Shown here: piece by piece, positions 50,610 through 61,023 of the stretch
Layout of the letters: each line of letters starts with the position of its first letter
How positions within the stretch are numbered: the first letter of the stretch is position 1
Assembly (NCBI GenBank): GCA_963818965.1
Contig: CAWFUG010000012.1
Span: 51,383-115,382 of the forward strand
Source of the DNA: an uncultured Verrucomicrobiae bacterium
GTDB lineage: Bacteria > Chlamydiota > Chlamydiia > Chlamydiales > Rhabdochlamydiaceae
Length of the DNA: 64,000 nt
Reading direction: 5' to 3'
Notes under the pieces: generated by a model
What the model saw: only the letters and a program-made list of their open reading frames with translations
Told to the model about the DNA's origin: nothing
Databases searched by the model: none
Position numbers and translations under genes: made by a program

Positions 50610-52757
50610 TTAGTAATTATAACGCTCTTCTTCCAAAGTCCAATAGAGTTGTTTCCCCGTGAGCGCACGCGCGCCTACATCTCTCAACCAAGCAGCCATC
50701 GCATAGCCGATGTAATTGCGACTGCTCTGTCTTAAGCACATGTCGAGGGGAATGGAAAAGGCGAATCCCTTGTCGTAATAAGTGTGTCCATTGACGTGGT
50801 CGTGCCCATTTGTGATCGTATACCAAAGAGAAAAGCGCAAGCCACTTTTGAAGTATCTACCGACCGCTAAACGCACTCCCTTGTCTTTAGCCAAAAACTG
50901 ACCTGCGCTTAAGAGAAAGTCGAGATGGAGCGGCTTGAAGTCATAATACAAATCGAGAAAATACTGGATTCCCGTGAAGGGGACCTTTACGTACTCATGT
51001 CCACGCAATTGTAAAGTCGTCCGACTGAATTTCACTCCCTGATAATGCCGCTTCTTCACCGCAGCGAATTCCACTCCCACCGCCCAATTTGAGTTCACTG
51101 GGTAGTAGAGCAACTCCGTCGCTCCCCCTCCATAGGCAGGTTCGAAATAGCCACCGGCCAATCGGTAGAAAAAACCTTTTCCCAAACTCCAGCTTCTTTG
51201 CAAAAAAGCCTGCTCCAAAGAGACGGAATTTGTTTTAAAATACTTGAGACTGTCGGTTCTTACGATCAACAATTTTGAAGGATTGAGCCGATCGGGCCCG
51301 CCGATCCCCTGCATGAGAGACTTAATCGAATAGCCCATTTGTAATTTGTAATAGACCTGATTGAAGAGATACCCTTCAGGAGAGGCGATCGCACTGATGT
51401 TGTATTTGAACTTTCCCGTCGTGCTTCCAAAAAAGGTCAAAAGGCGCGGACGGATGGTAAAGGTCCAGATCGGTCGCTGCCGTTGAAAAATCTGAGGTTG
51501 CTCATAGGGGCTCGGTTCTATAGGAGCCTCTCGCATCGGAGCTAAGGTCTCCAGCTCAAAATCGGTGATCCAACCGCGATGCCACCTCTGTAAATCCTCA
51601 AACCGGTAGCGATACGATTGACAGGGGAGAGCATCCGCTTCGATGACGACAGTGACCCACTTCACATCTTCTGGCAAAAGAGCGGCGAGGACGTGCTGCA
51701 CGCGTTCCCGCACGATGCTTTCTTCTCGGTATCGATTGTTGACGATTTTTAACCACGCCTCCTTCTCATTGCCTTCTCCATAGATGAGAAATGCCGTGTA
51801 CAGATCGAGACCTTGATCACTTAATGCATAGGCGATCTCCTGCGCAAAATCCCGTTCGGTCCGCACTAACCCCAAAGGCTCGTGGTCGACGGGTGACTGA
51901 TAAGTCCCCGGATCCCCCACCTTAGAAAATAAGCCCGTCGTCGTCCCGATCGGATACCGCAATGAAGCAGAACCTGCGAGCTCTGTCCCCCGAACAGAAC
52001 TCAAAGAGAGTTGTAAGGTATCCCATCCGACAAAAGAGATCCCTCCATTGACCCGCGATTTGACCTTTCTTCCCGATGGATGCTCATGAGGGTGTTTTTT
52101 GTAATTGATCGCATCGTATTCGAGCAAAAAGGAGAGATCTTTTAAAAAGGGGAGCTTCTGCTCTCTAAAGGGCGTCCAAACGGCTCCTCCAAAAAATCCC
52201 TTGATCCGTCCTTTACCCCAACCGAGCGTGCACTCGAGATTCCAGTCAAAAAATTGTTTTGTCGCTACGATATACTGCGCATTGAACCGCTTTGTGCCCA
52301 AAAAATCCTCTGCTCCTACAGCGATTTCAGGCATCCCAGCGTACCCGTCCCGGGGCGTTAAAACCCCCAGCTTCACATTCCCGATCCGCTCCGCATCATC
52401 GCCAAACCCTTCGTGCCCAAAATTTTTCTCGATCATCCCCTTATAAACGCGGTAATTCAAAACGAGCTCCAAACGCTGAAATACCTCGAAGTTCAAGCCG
52501 TAAACATCATAGGGCTTCACGATCGCTCCACCGAACGCGATCATGCCCGAAGGAGCCATCCGCGCAGAAGGCATGTTGAAATACCCCCCAATCATCGCGT
52601 AGTTGTAGAAAAAAGGGAGAGTCTTTTTGAGATCTTTGTCGATCTGAGCGACCAGCTCCAAATCCTCAAAAAGTCGCGTTTCCTCGGGATAAGGATTCAA
52701 GCAAAACAAGACGGAGGGAAAAAGGAAAATCGCTGCAAAAAGAGATTGTTTGTGCAC
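50610..52757 (-). CDS. YjbH-domain outer-membrane protein
   Basis: GGYFNMPSARM, GYFEPAYGG, GQFLAKDKG, DKGFAFSIP. Confidence 0.8.
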   Translation of the reverse strand: MHKQSLFAAIFLFPSVLFCLNPYPEETRLFEDLELVAQIDKDLKKTLPFFYNYAMIGGYFNMPSARMAPSGMIAFGGAIVKPYDVYGLNFEVFQRLELVLNYRVYKGMIEKNFGHEGFGDDAERIGNVKLGVLTPRDGYAGMPEIAVGAEDFLGTKRFNAQYIVATKQFFDWNLECTLGWGKGRIKGFFGGAVWTPFREQKLPFLKDLSFLLEYDAINYKKHPHEHPSGRKVKSRVNGGISFVGWDTLQLSLSSVRGTELAGSASLRYPIGTTTGLFSKVGDPGTYQSPVDHEPLGLVRTERDFAQEIAYALSDQGLDLYTAFLIYGEGNEKEAWLKIVNNRYREESIVRERVQHVLAALLPEDVKWVTVVIEADALPCQSYRYRFEDLQRWHRGWITDFELETLAPMREAPIEPSPYEQPQIFQRQRPIWTFTIRPRLLTFFGSTTGKFKYNISAIASPEGYLFNQVYYKLQMGYSIKSLMQGIGGPDRLNPSKLLIVRTDSLKYFKTNSVSLEQAFLQRSWSLGKGFFYRLAGGYFEPAYGGGATELLYYPVNSNWAVGVEFAAVKKRHYQGVKFSRTTLQLRGHEYVKVPFTGIQYFLDLYYDFKPLHLDFLLSAGQFLAKDKGVRLAVGRYFKSGLRFSLWYTITNGHDHVNGHTYYDKGFAFSIPLDMCLRQSSRNYIGYAMAAWLRDVGARALTGKQLYWTLEEERYNY

Positions 52758-52885
52758 ACACTTCTTTAGGTAAAAAAGAGAGCACTAAGTTAAAGCGAAA
52801 TTTTGTTTTTGGCAAGATTTTCCCTAGAGGAAAACGACAACTTAATGCCATAATCCTTCATCTTTCCTCTCCTCGAAGGGCTACC

Positions 52886-53725
52886 ATGGCAATCAATCCT
52901 ATCTCTAATCGTTATTACGCCCCTTTGTCCCACCTACACCGGATGACGACCTCCCTTGCCTACACGGCTGCTTACACCATCCTGGGCCTCGCTATGCGCA
53001 TTTTAAGGGTTGCGGAAATGCAAACAAAATATGAGCTCCTCAGCGATTTCTACAGTGCCCGGGCATCCGGGGGATGCAACTACCGCCGCCGCATTTTTGG
53101 CGAATTTTCGATCAATCCTTCTGTCAATCGAGAGAAAGTAGATACACTCATTTGCTCCACGAACCAAGACAAGCTCAATGCCCTCTTTAAGAAAAAAGCG
53201 GGCCATATGCCCTCATCGATCGGTTTGAAAAAAAGTAAACTCTCCCTAAAAAAAGCGACGAGAGGCATCTGTCTCTCCGCTTCTTTAAAATTTTTAAAAA
53301 AATATTTCGAGAGGATCAAAAAAGAAAAGGATCCTCAAAAAGTCATCGCCTCATTGAGCGAAAAGTTCAAAGAGGGCGTTTCAGAAAAGACAGCGCTCAT
53401 CAACCAATTGCAAGAAGCTGAAAGTTTCTCTTCGCGCGTGACTAAGGCAGAAAAAATACAAGCGACAGCGAATCTCTATCGTTTAAACGTCCAATCTGTA
53501 AAATCCCATGGACGACAGAACCCTCGACACCTAAAAGACGGGGGATATATCGTTGCTATAGTGGACGATGGCCCCATTGGTCACGCCTGCGCCTATATCA
53601 AACACAAAAAACAGCATTTTCTCTTCGATCCCGATATCGCCACCTTTGCCCTTCCCAAAGACCTAAAAAAGACCCCCCTATGCGAGAGCGGAGAAAAAGC
53701 GTTCTTCTTTAAAGTATATCCGTAG
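52886..53725 (+). CDS. YopT-like (C58) cysteine protease, candidate effector
   Basis: GICLSAS, GHACAY, FLFDPD give a Cys-His-Asp triad pattern. Confidence 0.65.
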   Translation: MAINPISNRYYAPLSHLHRMTTSLAYTAAYTILGLAMRILRVAEMQTKYELLSDFYSARASGGCNYRRRIFGEFSINPSVNREKVDTLICSTNQDKLNALFKKKAGHMPSSIGLKKSKLSLKKATRGICLSASLKFLKKYFERIKKEKDPQKVIASLSEKFKEGVSEKTALINQLQEAESFSSRVTKAEKIQATANLYRLNVQSVKSHGRQNPRHLKDGGYIVAIVDDGPIGHACAYIKHKKQHFLFDPDIATFALPKDLKKTPLCESGEKAFFFKVYP

Positions 53726-53793
53726 TGACTTAAAAGTTGGCCGTGAGGCACCGTCAAAGCCCCACGGCCAACTTTTAACCTCACTTGGGTATA
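53715..53793. repeat. Internally deleted type D element overlapping the YopT-like stop
   Basis: TTAAAAGTTGGCCGTG...GTCAAAGCCCCACGGCCAACTTTTAA...CACTTGGGTATA. Confidence 0.8.
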
Positions 53794-53901
53794 AGCATCA
53801 CCATAAAAAGAAAAATTAAACGAACCCCTTATTGAAGATAAATAGAGTACGTCCTATACTCAGACGCAAGCTTCTCTATATTTTTGAAATAAGGACTGTT
53901 C

Positions 53902-56058
53902 ATGGGTTACGTTAAGGATTTCAAGACACACATCGCCAATCATGATTACCCCGGATTTTTAAAATTGTGGGAGGAGTATTGCTCTGGAGACGAGCTCGAG
54001 GTCGAAGAGATCTGCGAAATCCTCCGCTCAGTGAAAAATTCTGAGCTAGGAGATCCTTTTGGTCGGCATGTCGATCGGATCCTGCCCCTTTGGAATACCG
54101 TCGCAGACCCCGATGAGTCCCATGAGATCCTCAAACTAATCATCGACATCCAAACGAGCAATCAAAAACACCTCTTCGATCTCGCCCTCCACGATCTGCA
54201 AACGCGCTATTCCCACCATAAGAACTTTAACGATAAGATCCGTCTCATTGGGCTGCGTGGAAAAGAGAATTTTCAAGGAGCGATTAGCGCTTTCGAACTC
54301 CTCTCTCACATGGAAAAGGGAAACTTCGTCTTTCATACAGGAGGATGGGGAGTCGGTGAGATCATCGATGTTTCTCTCGTGCGCGAACAGCTCACGCTCG
54401 AATTCGATTACGTCCCTGGCAAAAAAGAGGTCTCCTTTGCAACAGCCTTCAAAACATTGATCCCAATCCCCAAAGATCACTTCCTCGCTCTGCGCTTTGG
54501 CAGTCCCGACCTCTTGGAGCAGAAGGCAAAGGAGAATCCCGTTGAAATCATGCGCATGCTCCTACGCGACTTAGGACCAAAGACAGCGGCTGAAATCAAA
54601 GAAGAGCTCTGCGACCTAGTGATCCCCGCTGCAGAATGGACCCGTTGGTGGCAAAATGCGCGCGGAAAAGTCAAAAAAGACACGATGATCGAAACACCTG
54701 AAGAGATCCGCGAACCCTTCCGCCTGCGCAAAACAGGAGTTTCTCATGAAGAGCGCCTCCAGAAAATCTTGGAGAAGAAACCAGATGCCAATACGCTGAT
54801 CCAAATGGTTTACACATTCTTGCGCGACTTCCCTGAGATCCTCAAAAACACCGAATTCAAAGAGACATTAATTAACAAACTCACTCAGATGCTCTCCTTT
54901 GAAGAAGTGAGTGAAACACAAAAACTTCAACTCCACTTCTTCCTCCAAGACTTAAACGGGATCAAAGAACATCCTCCCATTGTAGCTGCCGTGCAATCCT
55001 TCAAATCGATCGAAGAAGCTGTTAATGCCATCGAAGTGCTGAGCCACAAAAAACGGCTCCTCGTCGAAACACGCAAAAATCGCAGCGAGTGGAAAGAAAT
55101 ATTCCTCTCCCTCCTCTTCAAACTCGATCAATCTCCCCTCCGAGATTACGTCCTCTCTGAGCTCATCGCAGACAAGGTGGATGAAGAACTCACAACAAAA
55201 CTAAAAAATCTCTACACTCACCCGCTCCAACATCCTGACACCTTCCTATGGTACTTCCAAAAAGTCCAAGGAAAAGGGAACATCCCCTTCAACGATTCTG
55301 AAGGAAAGCTCCGTTTCTTTGAAGGACTCTTGATCCTCCTCAGTCAAATCGAAAACGATCCCTCTGAGAGAGAGACCGTCAAGAAGATCTATGGCATCCT
55401 CTCAGAAGGGCGTTATGCCATCGTTCGCCAAATGATGAAACTGGCAACAGCGGAAGAAGTAAAAGAGTTCCTCCTCCTGATCTCCAAGTGCCATTCTTTG
55501 ACAGACCACGACCAAAAGATCTTCCACTCCCTCGCAGAAGTCGCGCACCCCTCTCTTGCTAAAGTAACCAAAAAACGAGGAAAAGAGGAACCAGAGATAG
55601 AAATCCTCTGGACGACAGCAGAAGGCTACCAATCCCTTCAAAAAAGGATCCAACAAGTCGCCACCGTCGAAACTGTAGAAAACGCGAAAGAAATCGAAGT
55701 GGCAAGAAGCCACGGAGACCTAAGAGAAAACGCTGAATTTAAAGCCGCGCTAGAGCGCCGCGATCGCCTCCAGTCAGAGATGAAAATGCTCTCCGATCAA
55801 TTGAATCACGCTCGGGTCATTACGAAAGATGACATCTCCACCGACGAAGTCGGCATCGGCGCCATCGTCGCCTGCGAAAATAAAAAAGGAGAAGCAGTCT
55901 TTTACACACTGCTCGGACCTTGGGATGCAAACCCTGAGGAAAACATCCTCGCCTTCCAATCCAAGCTCGCGCAGTCGATGAAAGGCAAAAAAGTGGGAGA
56001 AACATTTACATTTCAAGGCGAAGAGTATACGATTACGGGAATCAAGAGCTTCCTTTAA
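53902..56058 (+). CDS. greA: Transcription elongation factor GreA, long chlamydial form
   Basis: HGDLRENAEF in the C-terminal domain; long N-terminal extension. Confidence 0.92.
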   Translation: MGYVKDFKTHIANHDYPGFLKLWEEYCSGDELEVEEICEILRSVKNSELGDPFGRHVDRILPLWNTVADPDESHEILKLIIDIQTSNQKHLFDLALHDLQTRYSHHKNFNDKIRLIGLRGKENFQGAISAFELLSHMEKGNFVFHTGGWGVGEIIDVSLVREQLTLEFDYVPGKKEVSFATAFKTLIPIPKDHFLALRFGSPDLLEQKAKENPVEIMRMLLRDLGPKTAAEIKEELCDLVIPAAEWTRWWQNARGKVKKDTMIETPEEIREPFRLRKTGVSHEERLQKILEKKPDANTLIQMVYTFLRDFPEILKNTEFKETLINKLTQMLSFEEVSETQKLQLHFFLQDLNGIKEHPPIVAAVQSFKSIEEAVNAIEVLSHKKRLLVETRKNRSEWKEIFLSLLFKLDQSPLRDYVLSELIADKVDEELTTKLKNLYTHPLQHPDTFLWYFQKVQGKGNIPFNDSEGKLRFFEGLLILLSQIENDPSERETVKKIYGILSEGRYAIVRQMMKLATAEEVKEFLLLISKCHSLTDHDQKIFHSLAEVAHPSLAKVTKKRGKEEPEIEILWTTAEGYQSLQKRIQQVATVETVENAKEIEVARSHGDLRENAEFKAALERRDRLQSEMKMLSDQLNHARVITKDDISTDEVGIGAIVACENKKGEAVFYTLLGPWDANPEENILAFQSKLAQSMKGKKVGETFTFQGEEYTITGIKSFL

Positions 56059-56069
56059 GGACAACCCTT

Positions 56070-56687
56070 ATGAAACAGATCCTCATCATCGCCAGCAAAA
56101 ATGTGCACAAAATCCGGGAATTTCGCTCGATGCTCAAGAAATTCCCCACCCTCGATCTCCTTACCCTCAACGATTTTCCCACCTATTCACCCCCTGGAGA
56201 AACGGGAGCCTCTTTCGAAGAAAATGCCATCCTCAAAGCAACCCATGCGGCAAAAGAGTTGCAGCACTGGGCGATTGCCGACGACTCCGGCCTCGTCGTC
56301 CCCGCATTAAAAGGCGCACCCGGCATCTTCTCACAACGCTATGCAGGAGCCAACGCCTCCGATAAAGAAAATCGCAAAAAGCTCCTCGCCGATATGCAAC
56401 ATATCGAAGAACCCCATCGACAAGCCTACTTCGAGTGCTGGATCGCCCTCGCCACCCCAGAAGGACTCAAAAAGACGACAAAAGGCGTTTCTGAGGGAGT
56501 CATTACAGAAAAAGAAAGGGGAAGCCTCGGCTTTGGCTACGATAGCATTTTCATTAAGCACGAATACGGAAAGACATTCGCCGAACTCGAAGAAGAGACA
56601 AAAAACCGCATCTCTCACCGCCGAAAAGCGCTAGACAAAATCAGCCCTTTCCTAGAATCGATGCTCGAAAAAGAATGTCTTATTTGA
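56070..56687 (+). CDS. rdgB: dITP/XTP pyrophosphatase
   Basis: ADDSGL, GFGYD, SHR. Confidence 0.93.
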   Translation: MKQILIIASKNVHKIREFRSMLKKFPTLDLLTLNDFPTYSPPGETGASFEENAILKATHAAKELQHWAIADDSGLVVPALKGAPGIFSQRYAGANASDKENRKKLLADMQHIEEPHRQAYFECWIALATPEGLKKTTKGVSEGVITEKERGSLGFGYDSIFIKHEYGKTFAELEEETKNRISHRRKALDKISPFLESMLEKECLI

Positions 56688-56700
56688 GTGCCGTATTTGA

Positions 56701-57201
56701 ATGCATTATCTAGTCGATGGCTATAATCTCCTATTTCGATTCCTAAAAGCGAATCCTCTGGAAAAGACGCGCCAAGCAATGATAGAAGAGCTCAACACAG
56801 CTGTTTCTGAATTAAATCTCTCCGTGACCCTCGTCTTCGATGGGGGAAAAGATTCCCTCCCACCCACTCTAAGACACCACTTCAAAGCAATCGAGCTCAT
56901 CTACACCACAGGCGACGCATCTGCAGATCACTACATCCTCGAAACCGTCCAAGAGGCCCACCAGCCCAAAAATCTGACCATCATCACCAACGACCGCGAA
57001 CTTTCCTCCCGCTGCAAACGAGAAGGTGCCGCAATCCTCCCCATCGACACCTTCATCGCCTTCCTCACCCACAAACGCCAAAAGAAAATCAAAAGAACTC
57101 CCCGCCCCGACTTTCCCTTTGCCGACTCGCAAAAAGAACTAAAGCGCCTTCTTACTCTCTTCGAAGAGCGCCTCAAAGAACACGAGGAGGACCTTTTCTA
57201 A
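56701..57201 (+). CDS. NYN/YacP-like ribonuclease
   Basis: LVDGYN, VFDG, ADHYI, TNDREL. Confidence 0.85.
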   Translation: MHYLVDGYNLLFRFLKANPLEKTRQAMIEELNTAVSELNLSVTLVFDGGKDSLPPTLRHHFKAIELIYTTGDASADHYILETVQEAHQPKNLTIITNDRELSSRCKREGAAILPIDTFIAFLTHKRQKKIKRTPRPDFPFADSQKELKRLLTLFEERLKEHEEDLF

Positions 57202-57555
57202 ATGAAATGCAAAGCCTTCATCCCTCTTATTTTTCTCATCTCTTCTCTTTCCGCCACAGATCTTACATCCCAAAGCTACCTCTACGACAATGAAGGAGAG
57301 CCCCGCTTCATCAAGATCTACATAGACTCACCCACCCCCCGCAACAAACGCCGCACCACGTCCCTTCAAGCCGGCCTCCAGCAGATTTTAAACCGCATGG
57401 CCCAAGAAGACCCAACCGGCCGCTACATCGTAGTCCCCCTCAAGAAGAAAAAGGGCAAAGACACAGACGAAAGCGTATGGGAATGTCCCTACTGCGGCAA
57501 GTCGAACCACGCCTTCGAAAACAGATGCACGAAAAAAAGCTGCTCCCTACACTGA
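57202..57555 (+). CDS. Small exported protein with C-terminal zinc ribbon
   Basis: Signal peptide; WECPYCGKSN...C....C. Confidence 0.7.
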   Translation: MKCKAFIPLIFLISSLSATDLTSQSYLYDNEGEPRFIKIYIDSPTPRNKRRTTSLQAGLQQILNRMAQEDPTGRYIVVPLKKKKGKDTDESVWECPYCGKSNHAFENRCTKKSCSLH

Positions 57556-57562
57556 TTCCCTC

Positions 57563-57593
57563 TATACCCAAGTGGACTTAAAAGTTGGGTATA
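57563..57593. repeat. Minimal type D element
   Basis: TATACCCAAGTGGACTTAAAAGTTGGGTATA. Confidence 0.75.
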
Positions 57594-57719
57594 TGCTGAA
57601 TTTTGTTCGCGCGTTAGCCCTGTAAGAAGCTTGGGTATACACTCATTTTTTATATTCACATTGCCATAAAATTTTTCTCTGTTATAGGATGCTGCAGCAA
57701 AACTAAGGAGGCTTTTTTT

Positions 57720-59174
57720 ATGATGAATCGCACTCGTTTTACATCCCTGTCGACCGCTGGAGTTTTACTTTTCCATAACATTTTAGGAATCTCTTCCGAA
57801 ATTACTCCTGTCACACCAGAAGAAATTGAATCATACGTTGCTGCCACAATGCAGGACATCCAAACTTCCTATGAAGAAATCATGAATATCCCCACGAACA
57901 AAAAGACATTCGCGAACACCTTAAGAGCTTGGGTTCAACTGAAAAAGGCATGGGAAAATGCCATGGAGACCCTGTATCCTTGCAAAAATACTCTGCCGAT
58001 TATCGATCTCGATTACAAAACCCAAAAAGACATTTTTCAGAATGCGGACTTACAAGATGCTGTAATGTTATACGCATTTAATCCATCGGATGAGGAAACA
58101 TTGGATTTTCACCAACGCTATATCTTGCAGTATCTTCAAGATCAATCACCACACTGCAACCCTATCTACGTGCATCTCACGGGTTCTACTGAGAATAAAA
58201 GTGCCAGAGATAAGCCACTTTCCCTTCTCAATCTAACCCCAAATGATAGTGCAATAGTTTCTATGGAAAGTCTTTTAGATAAAATCCTGAATGCTGACGC
58301 AGATATCGTGTGCCTAGAGGAACGCATTGACATCGATAGGGTGGACGATTTCTATCAGGGTCTTAAAGCGCGTTACGCTCATTTTTATACGAGAATAGAT
58401 GTGGGTGGATTCCGCTTCTCAGATACCGCCGTGGGATTCTTGATCGCCAGCAAATATCCTATTGAACAGCCCAGATATACCTCATTTGGAGATTCAGATA
58501 GCGAAGATGGCTTTATCGATTTTATTGTCAAAGATGGGGGAACTCCTCTAGGGCATGTGTATGCGGCTCAACTGGAATCGCTAGATGCTAAAGGGCCGAC
58601 CTTCTTGAGAGTTGCTCAGCTCCATCAAATTCTAAAAGCCATGGATTTAGAATATCGGGGAGAAATCCCTTTTCTTCTCTGTGGAGATCTAGGAATCACG
58701 AAACAGTCAAATCAAGAAGAACAAGCCATCCTAAATTCTTATTTTTCTACCGGACAGGAGGAAAATGCAGATGAACCTAGCGCGCTACTTCTATGCTTCC
58801 CTACCTCGAGCTCTCATTTCCAGATCCACACTTCTCCTCTATCTTTATCGGATCATCACAACGCTTCACTGAGTATCATTGGATTCCCAAAAGAGCAACA
58901 AGCGTCTGTCTTCAAGACAAACAAAAGAGTGTTATTTGATGAAAAAATGATCATCTTCTGTGAAGCAGGCGAAGGAAATGATAAATCTTGGGTCGATGTT
59001 TCTGCAGGTGCATCGAGCGATGACTATGGAAATGAAAGTGCCTGGGGAGGCGGTAGCTATACATTCCCCAATGGGGCTGAAGTTTCTGTCAGAGGTAAGG
59101 TGTCAAAAGATGCGAGTGGAAATACCTCTCGGGGTGTTGAAGGTCACTTAAGTTTTCCCATAGGAGGAAGGTGA
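57720..59174 (+). CDS. Exported protein with a degenerate endonuclease/exonuclease/phosphatase domain and Gly-rich C-terminal tail
   Basis: ADIVCLEE, IASKYPI, LCGDL, LSDH; AAGGAGG RBS. Confidence 0.7.
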   Translation: MMNRTRFTSLSTAGVLLFHNILGISSEITPVTPEEIESYVAATMQDIQTSYEEIMNIPTNKKTFANTLRAWVQLKKAWENAMETLYPCKNTLPIIDLDYKTQKDIFQNADLQDAVMLYAFNPSDEETLDFHQRYILQYLQDQSPHCNPIYVHLTGSTENKSARDKPLSLLNLTPNDSAIVSMESLLDKILNADADIVCLEERIDIDRVDDFYQGLKARYAHFYTRIDVGGFRFSDTAVGFLIASKYPIEQPRYTSFGDSDSEDGFIDFIVKDGGTPLGHVYAAQLESLDAKGPTFLRVAQLHQILKAMDLEYRGEIPFLLCGDLGITKQSNQEEQAILNSYFSTGQEENADEPSALLLCFPTSSSHFQIHTSPLSLSDHHNASLSIIGFPKEQQASVFKTNKRVLFDEKMIIFCEAGEGNDKSWVDVSAGASSDDYGNESAWGGGSYTFPNGAEVSVRGKVSKDASGNTSRGVEGHLSFPIGGR

Positions 59175-60052
59175 AAATAAAAAACATCATTATTAGTTCA
59201 GCACTTCTCCTTTTTATAGGAATTGGACTCTTTATAGGGAAAACTTTTTATTCCAAGCAACGGTATGTCCGTATGTTTGTGACATTCGGACGTACCGAAC
59301 TGCCGTGCGTTGATATTCATATTCAAGGAAAAACCTATTCCGTACTTGTCAATTTGAGCAGCTGTGTTCCGCTCACCCTCAGTAAAGATGTTTTATCATC
59401 CATCCACAAAGAAACTTGCGAACCTACCCTATTCCAAGATTCCGAAGGAAATAAAATCGAATCTTCCACCTTTTTGGTCTCAGAAGTCAAAATGGGAGAT
59501 CTCACTTTTAAGGATGTTAGAATCGCAGAGGGGGGTGAAAAGTTGAAGATGGGCCAGCGAGTGGGCGAAATAGGATTGCCCTTATTAAAACAAAATAATT
59601 TAGTACTCGACTTCCCCCATTCTACAATCATCGCCTGTAACCATAGGAAAAAACTTAAAGAAATCGGTTACTCCGTTGAAGAGATGATTCCAGTTCCTTT
59701 CGAAATCGTAGAGCGCGCAGGAGGGATTCTCCTCCCTGTCCTCACTGATTTGGGCGCCGTAAAACTCGCTCTGAGTACGGGGATGACTCTGAACCTCATC
59801 AGGTCATCCCTTCTCCAAGAAAACGGTGCGCAAAGACCTATGACTATCGAGATGGATGGAAAGAATTGGGACCAATTACAGAGCGCCGCCTTTATCATCG
59901 GCGGGGAAAATTGGGGGAGTCAAAATCTCTACCTTCAGGATTTCCCCTCTGATCTGCGAGAATTTAATGGTGTCATCGGGATGGATTTTTTGAGTAAACA
60001 TATTCTCTATCTCGACTTCGAAAATCAAAAGGTTTACATCGATCGTGATTAA
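59171..60052 (+). CDS. Two-lobed retropepsin-like protein with degenerate catalytic motifs
   Basis: VNLSS and LSTG where its neighbour has LDLGA and IDTG; GEIG and GVIGMDFL retained. Confidence 0.7.
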   Translation: MKIKNIIISSALLLFIGIGLFIGKTFYSKQRYVRMFVTFGRTELPCVDIHIQGKTYSVLVNLSSCVPLTLSKDVLSSIHKETCEPTLFQDSEGNKIESSTFLVSEVKMGDLTFKDVRIAEGGEKLKMGQRVGEIGLPLLKQNNLVLDFPHSTIIACNHRKKLKEIGYSVEEMIPVPFEIVERAGGILLPVLTDLGAVKLALSTGMTLNLIRSSLLQENGAQRPMTIEMDGKNWDQLQSAAFIIGGENWGSQNLYLQDFPSDLREFNGVIGMDFLSKHILYLDFENQKVYIDRD

Positions 60053-60956
60053 AAGACTGATCCTTTTTTCGCTTCTCCTCCTGGGCAGCACCAGTTTCTT
60101 CTGTTTCAATCACCCGGCTAGCCAAACCATCCCCGTATCATTTGATCTGCTTAATCTACCTGTAATCAATATACAAATTGAGGAGGACTCCTATTCTTTA
60201 GTTCTCGATCTCGGCGCTGGTAACCATATGAGCTTAGATGATGAGATTTTGCAGAAGATACAAAAGCGTCCTTATGGAGTAGTTCGATTTAAAGACCTAA
60301 AAGGCAATAACTATAAATCAGAAAATTATTTGATTCCTCAAATCAAAATCGGTAACGTCCGTTTTGCTGAGGTCCTTGCCCAATCAGAAAACGATGCCTT
60401 TAATCATAACACCATTTTACGAAGAGGACAGCACCTCTCCTCCCAAATGGGATCTATTGGAAGGGCTTTGCCCAGCGGACAGCCCCCCCACCAAAAAATG
60501 GGGTCTATTGGAAGGCCTTTGCTCAAACGATATAATTTGCTTTTAGACTTTCCTCATTCCAGCATCGCCCTTGTCGAGCGCCCTACTAAAAAAGCAGCAC
60601 AGTTTACTCAGCAAATGCATGTCGTTCCGTTTGAGATGACCCCCTCGGGGATCACCATAAAAATTACAACCGATCTCGGCGAAAAAAAATTTCTAATCGA
60701 TACCGGTACTTCTTGGAATCTCGTGAGATCTTCTCTATATGATTTAGAAAAAGATCACAAAAACTCGTCCAATCTCGATTATTTTTCGACTCCTTTCTTT
60801 GAGATCGAAGGGAAAAATTTTGGCCCCACAACTTTACATCTTTTAGATATTTCCCCCGACATAGAGGACTTCGATGGAATTCTTGGGATGACTTTCCTCC
60901 GTCGCCATACGGTGTATATCGATTTCCCAAAAAGATTACTCCACATCTCTGAATGA
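60045..60956 (+). CDS. Two-lobed retropepsin-like aspartic protease
   Basis: LDLGA, IDTGT, DGILGMTFL. Confidence 0.8.
   Translation: MIKRLILFSLLLLGSTSFFCFNHPASQTIPVSFDLLNLPVINIQIEEDSYSLVLDLGAGNHMSLDDEILQKIQKRPYGVVRFKDLKGNNYKSENYLIPQIKIGNVRFAEVLAQSENDAFNHNTILRRGQHLSSQMGSIGRALPSGQPPHQKMGSIGRPLLKRYNLLLDFPHSSIALVERPTKKAAQFTQQMHVVPFEMTPSGITIKITTDLGEKKFLIDTGTSWNLVRSSLYDLEKDHKNSSNLDYFSTPFFEIEGKNFGPTTLHLLDISPDIEDFDGILGMTFLRRHTVYIDFPKRLLHISE
60426..60527 (+). repeat. 51-bp in-frame tandem duplication
   Basis: GGACAG...ATGGG(A/G)TCTATTGGAAGG at 60426 and again at 60477. Confidence 0.85.
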
Positions 60957-61023
60957 GACGGCACATTGACTTTTTTTGCTCCTGAGGGCACCCTCTTCGC
61001 TGAAAAATGTTTCGAGGACTCCT

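Noticed and set aside
53902..56058. Unusually long GreA, and the TopA-SWIB fusion, as novelties
   Set aside because: Both are established chlamydial features
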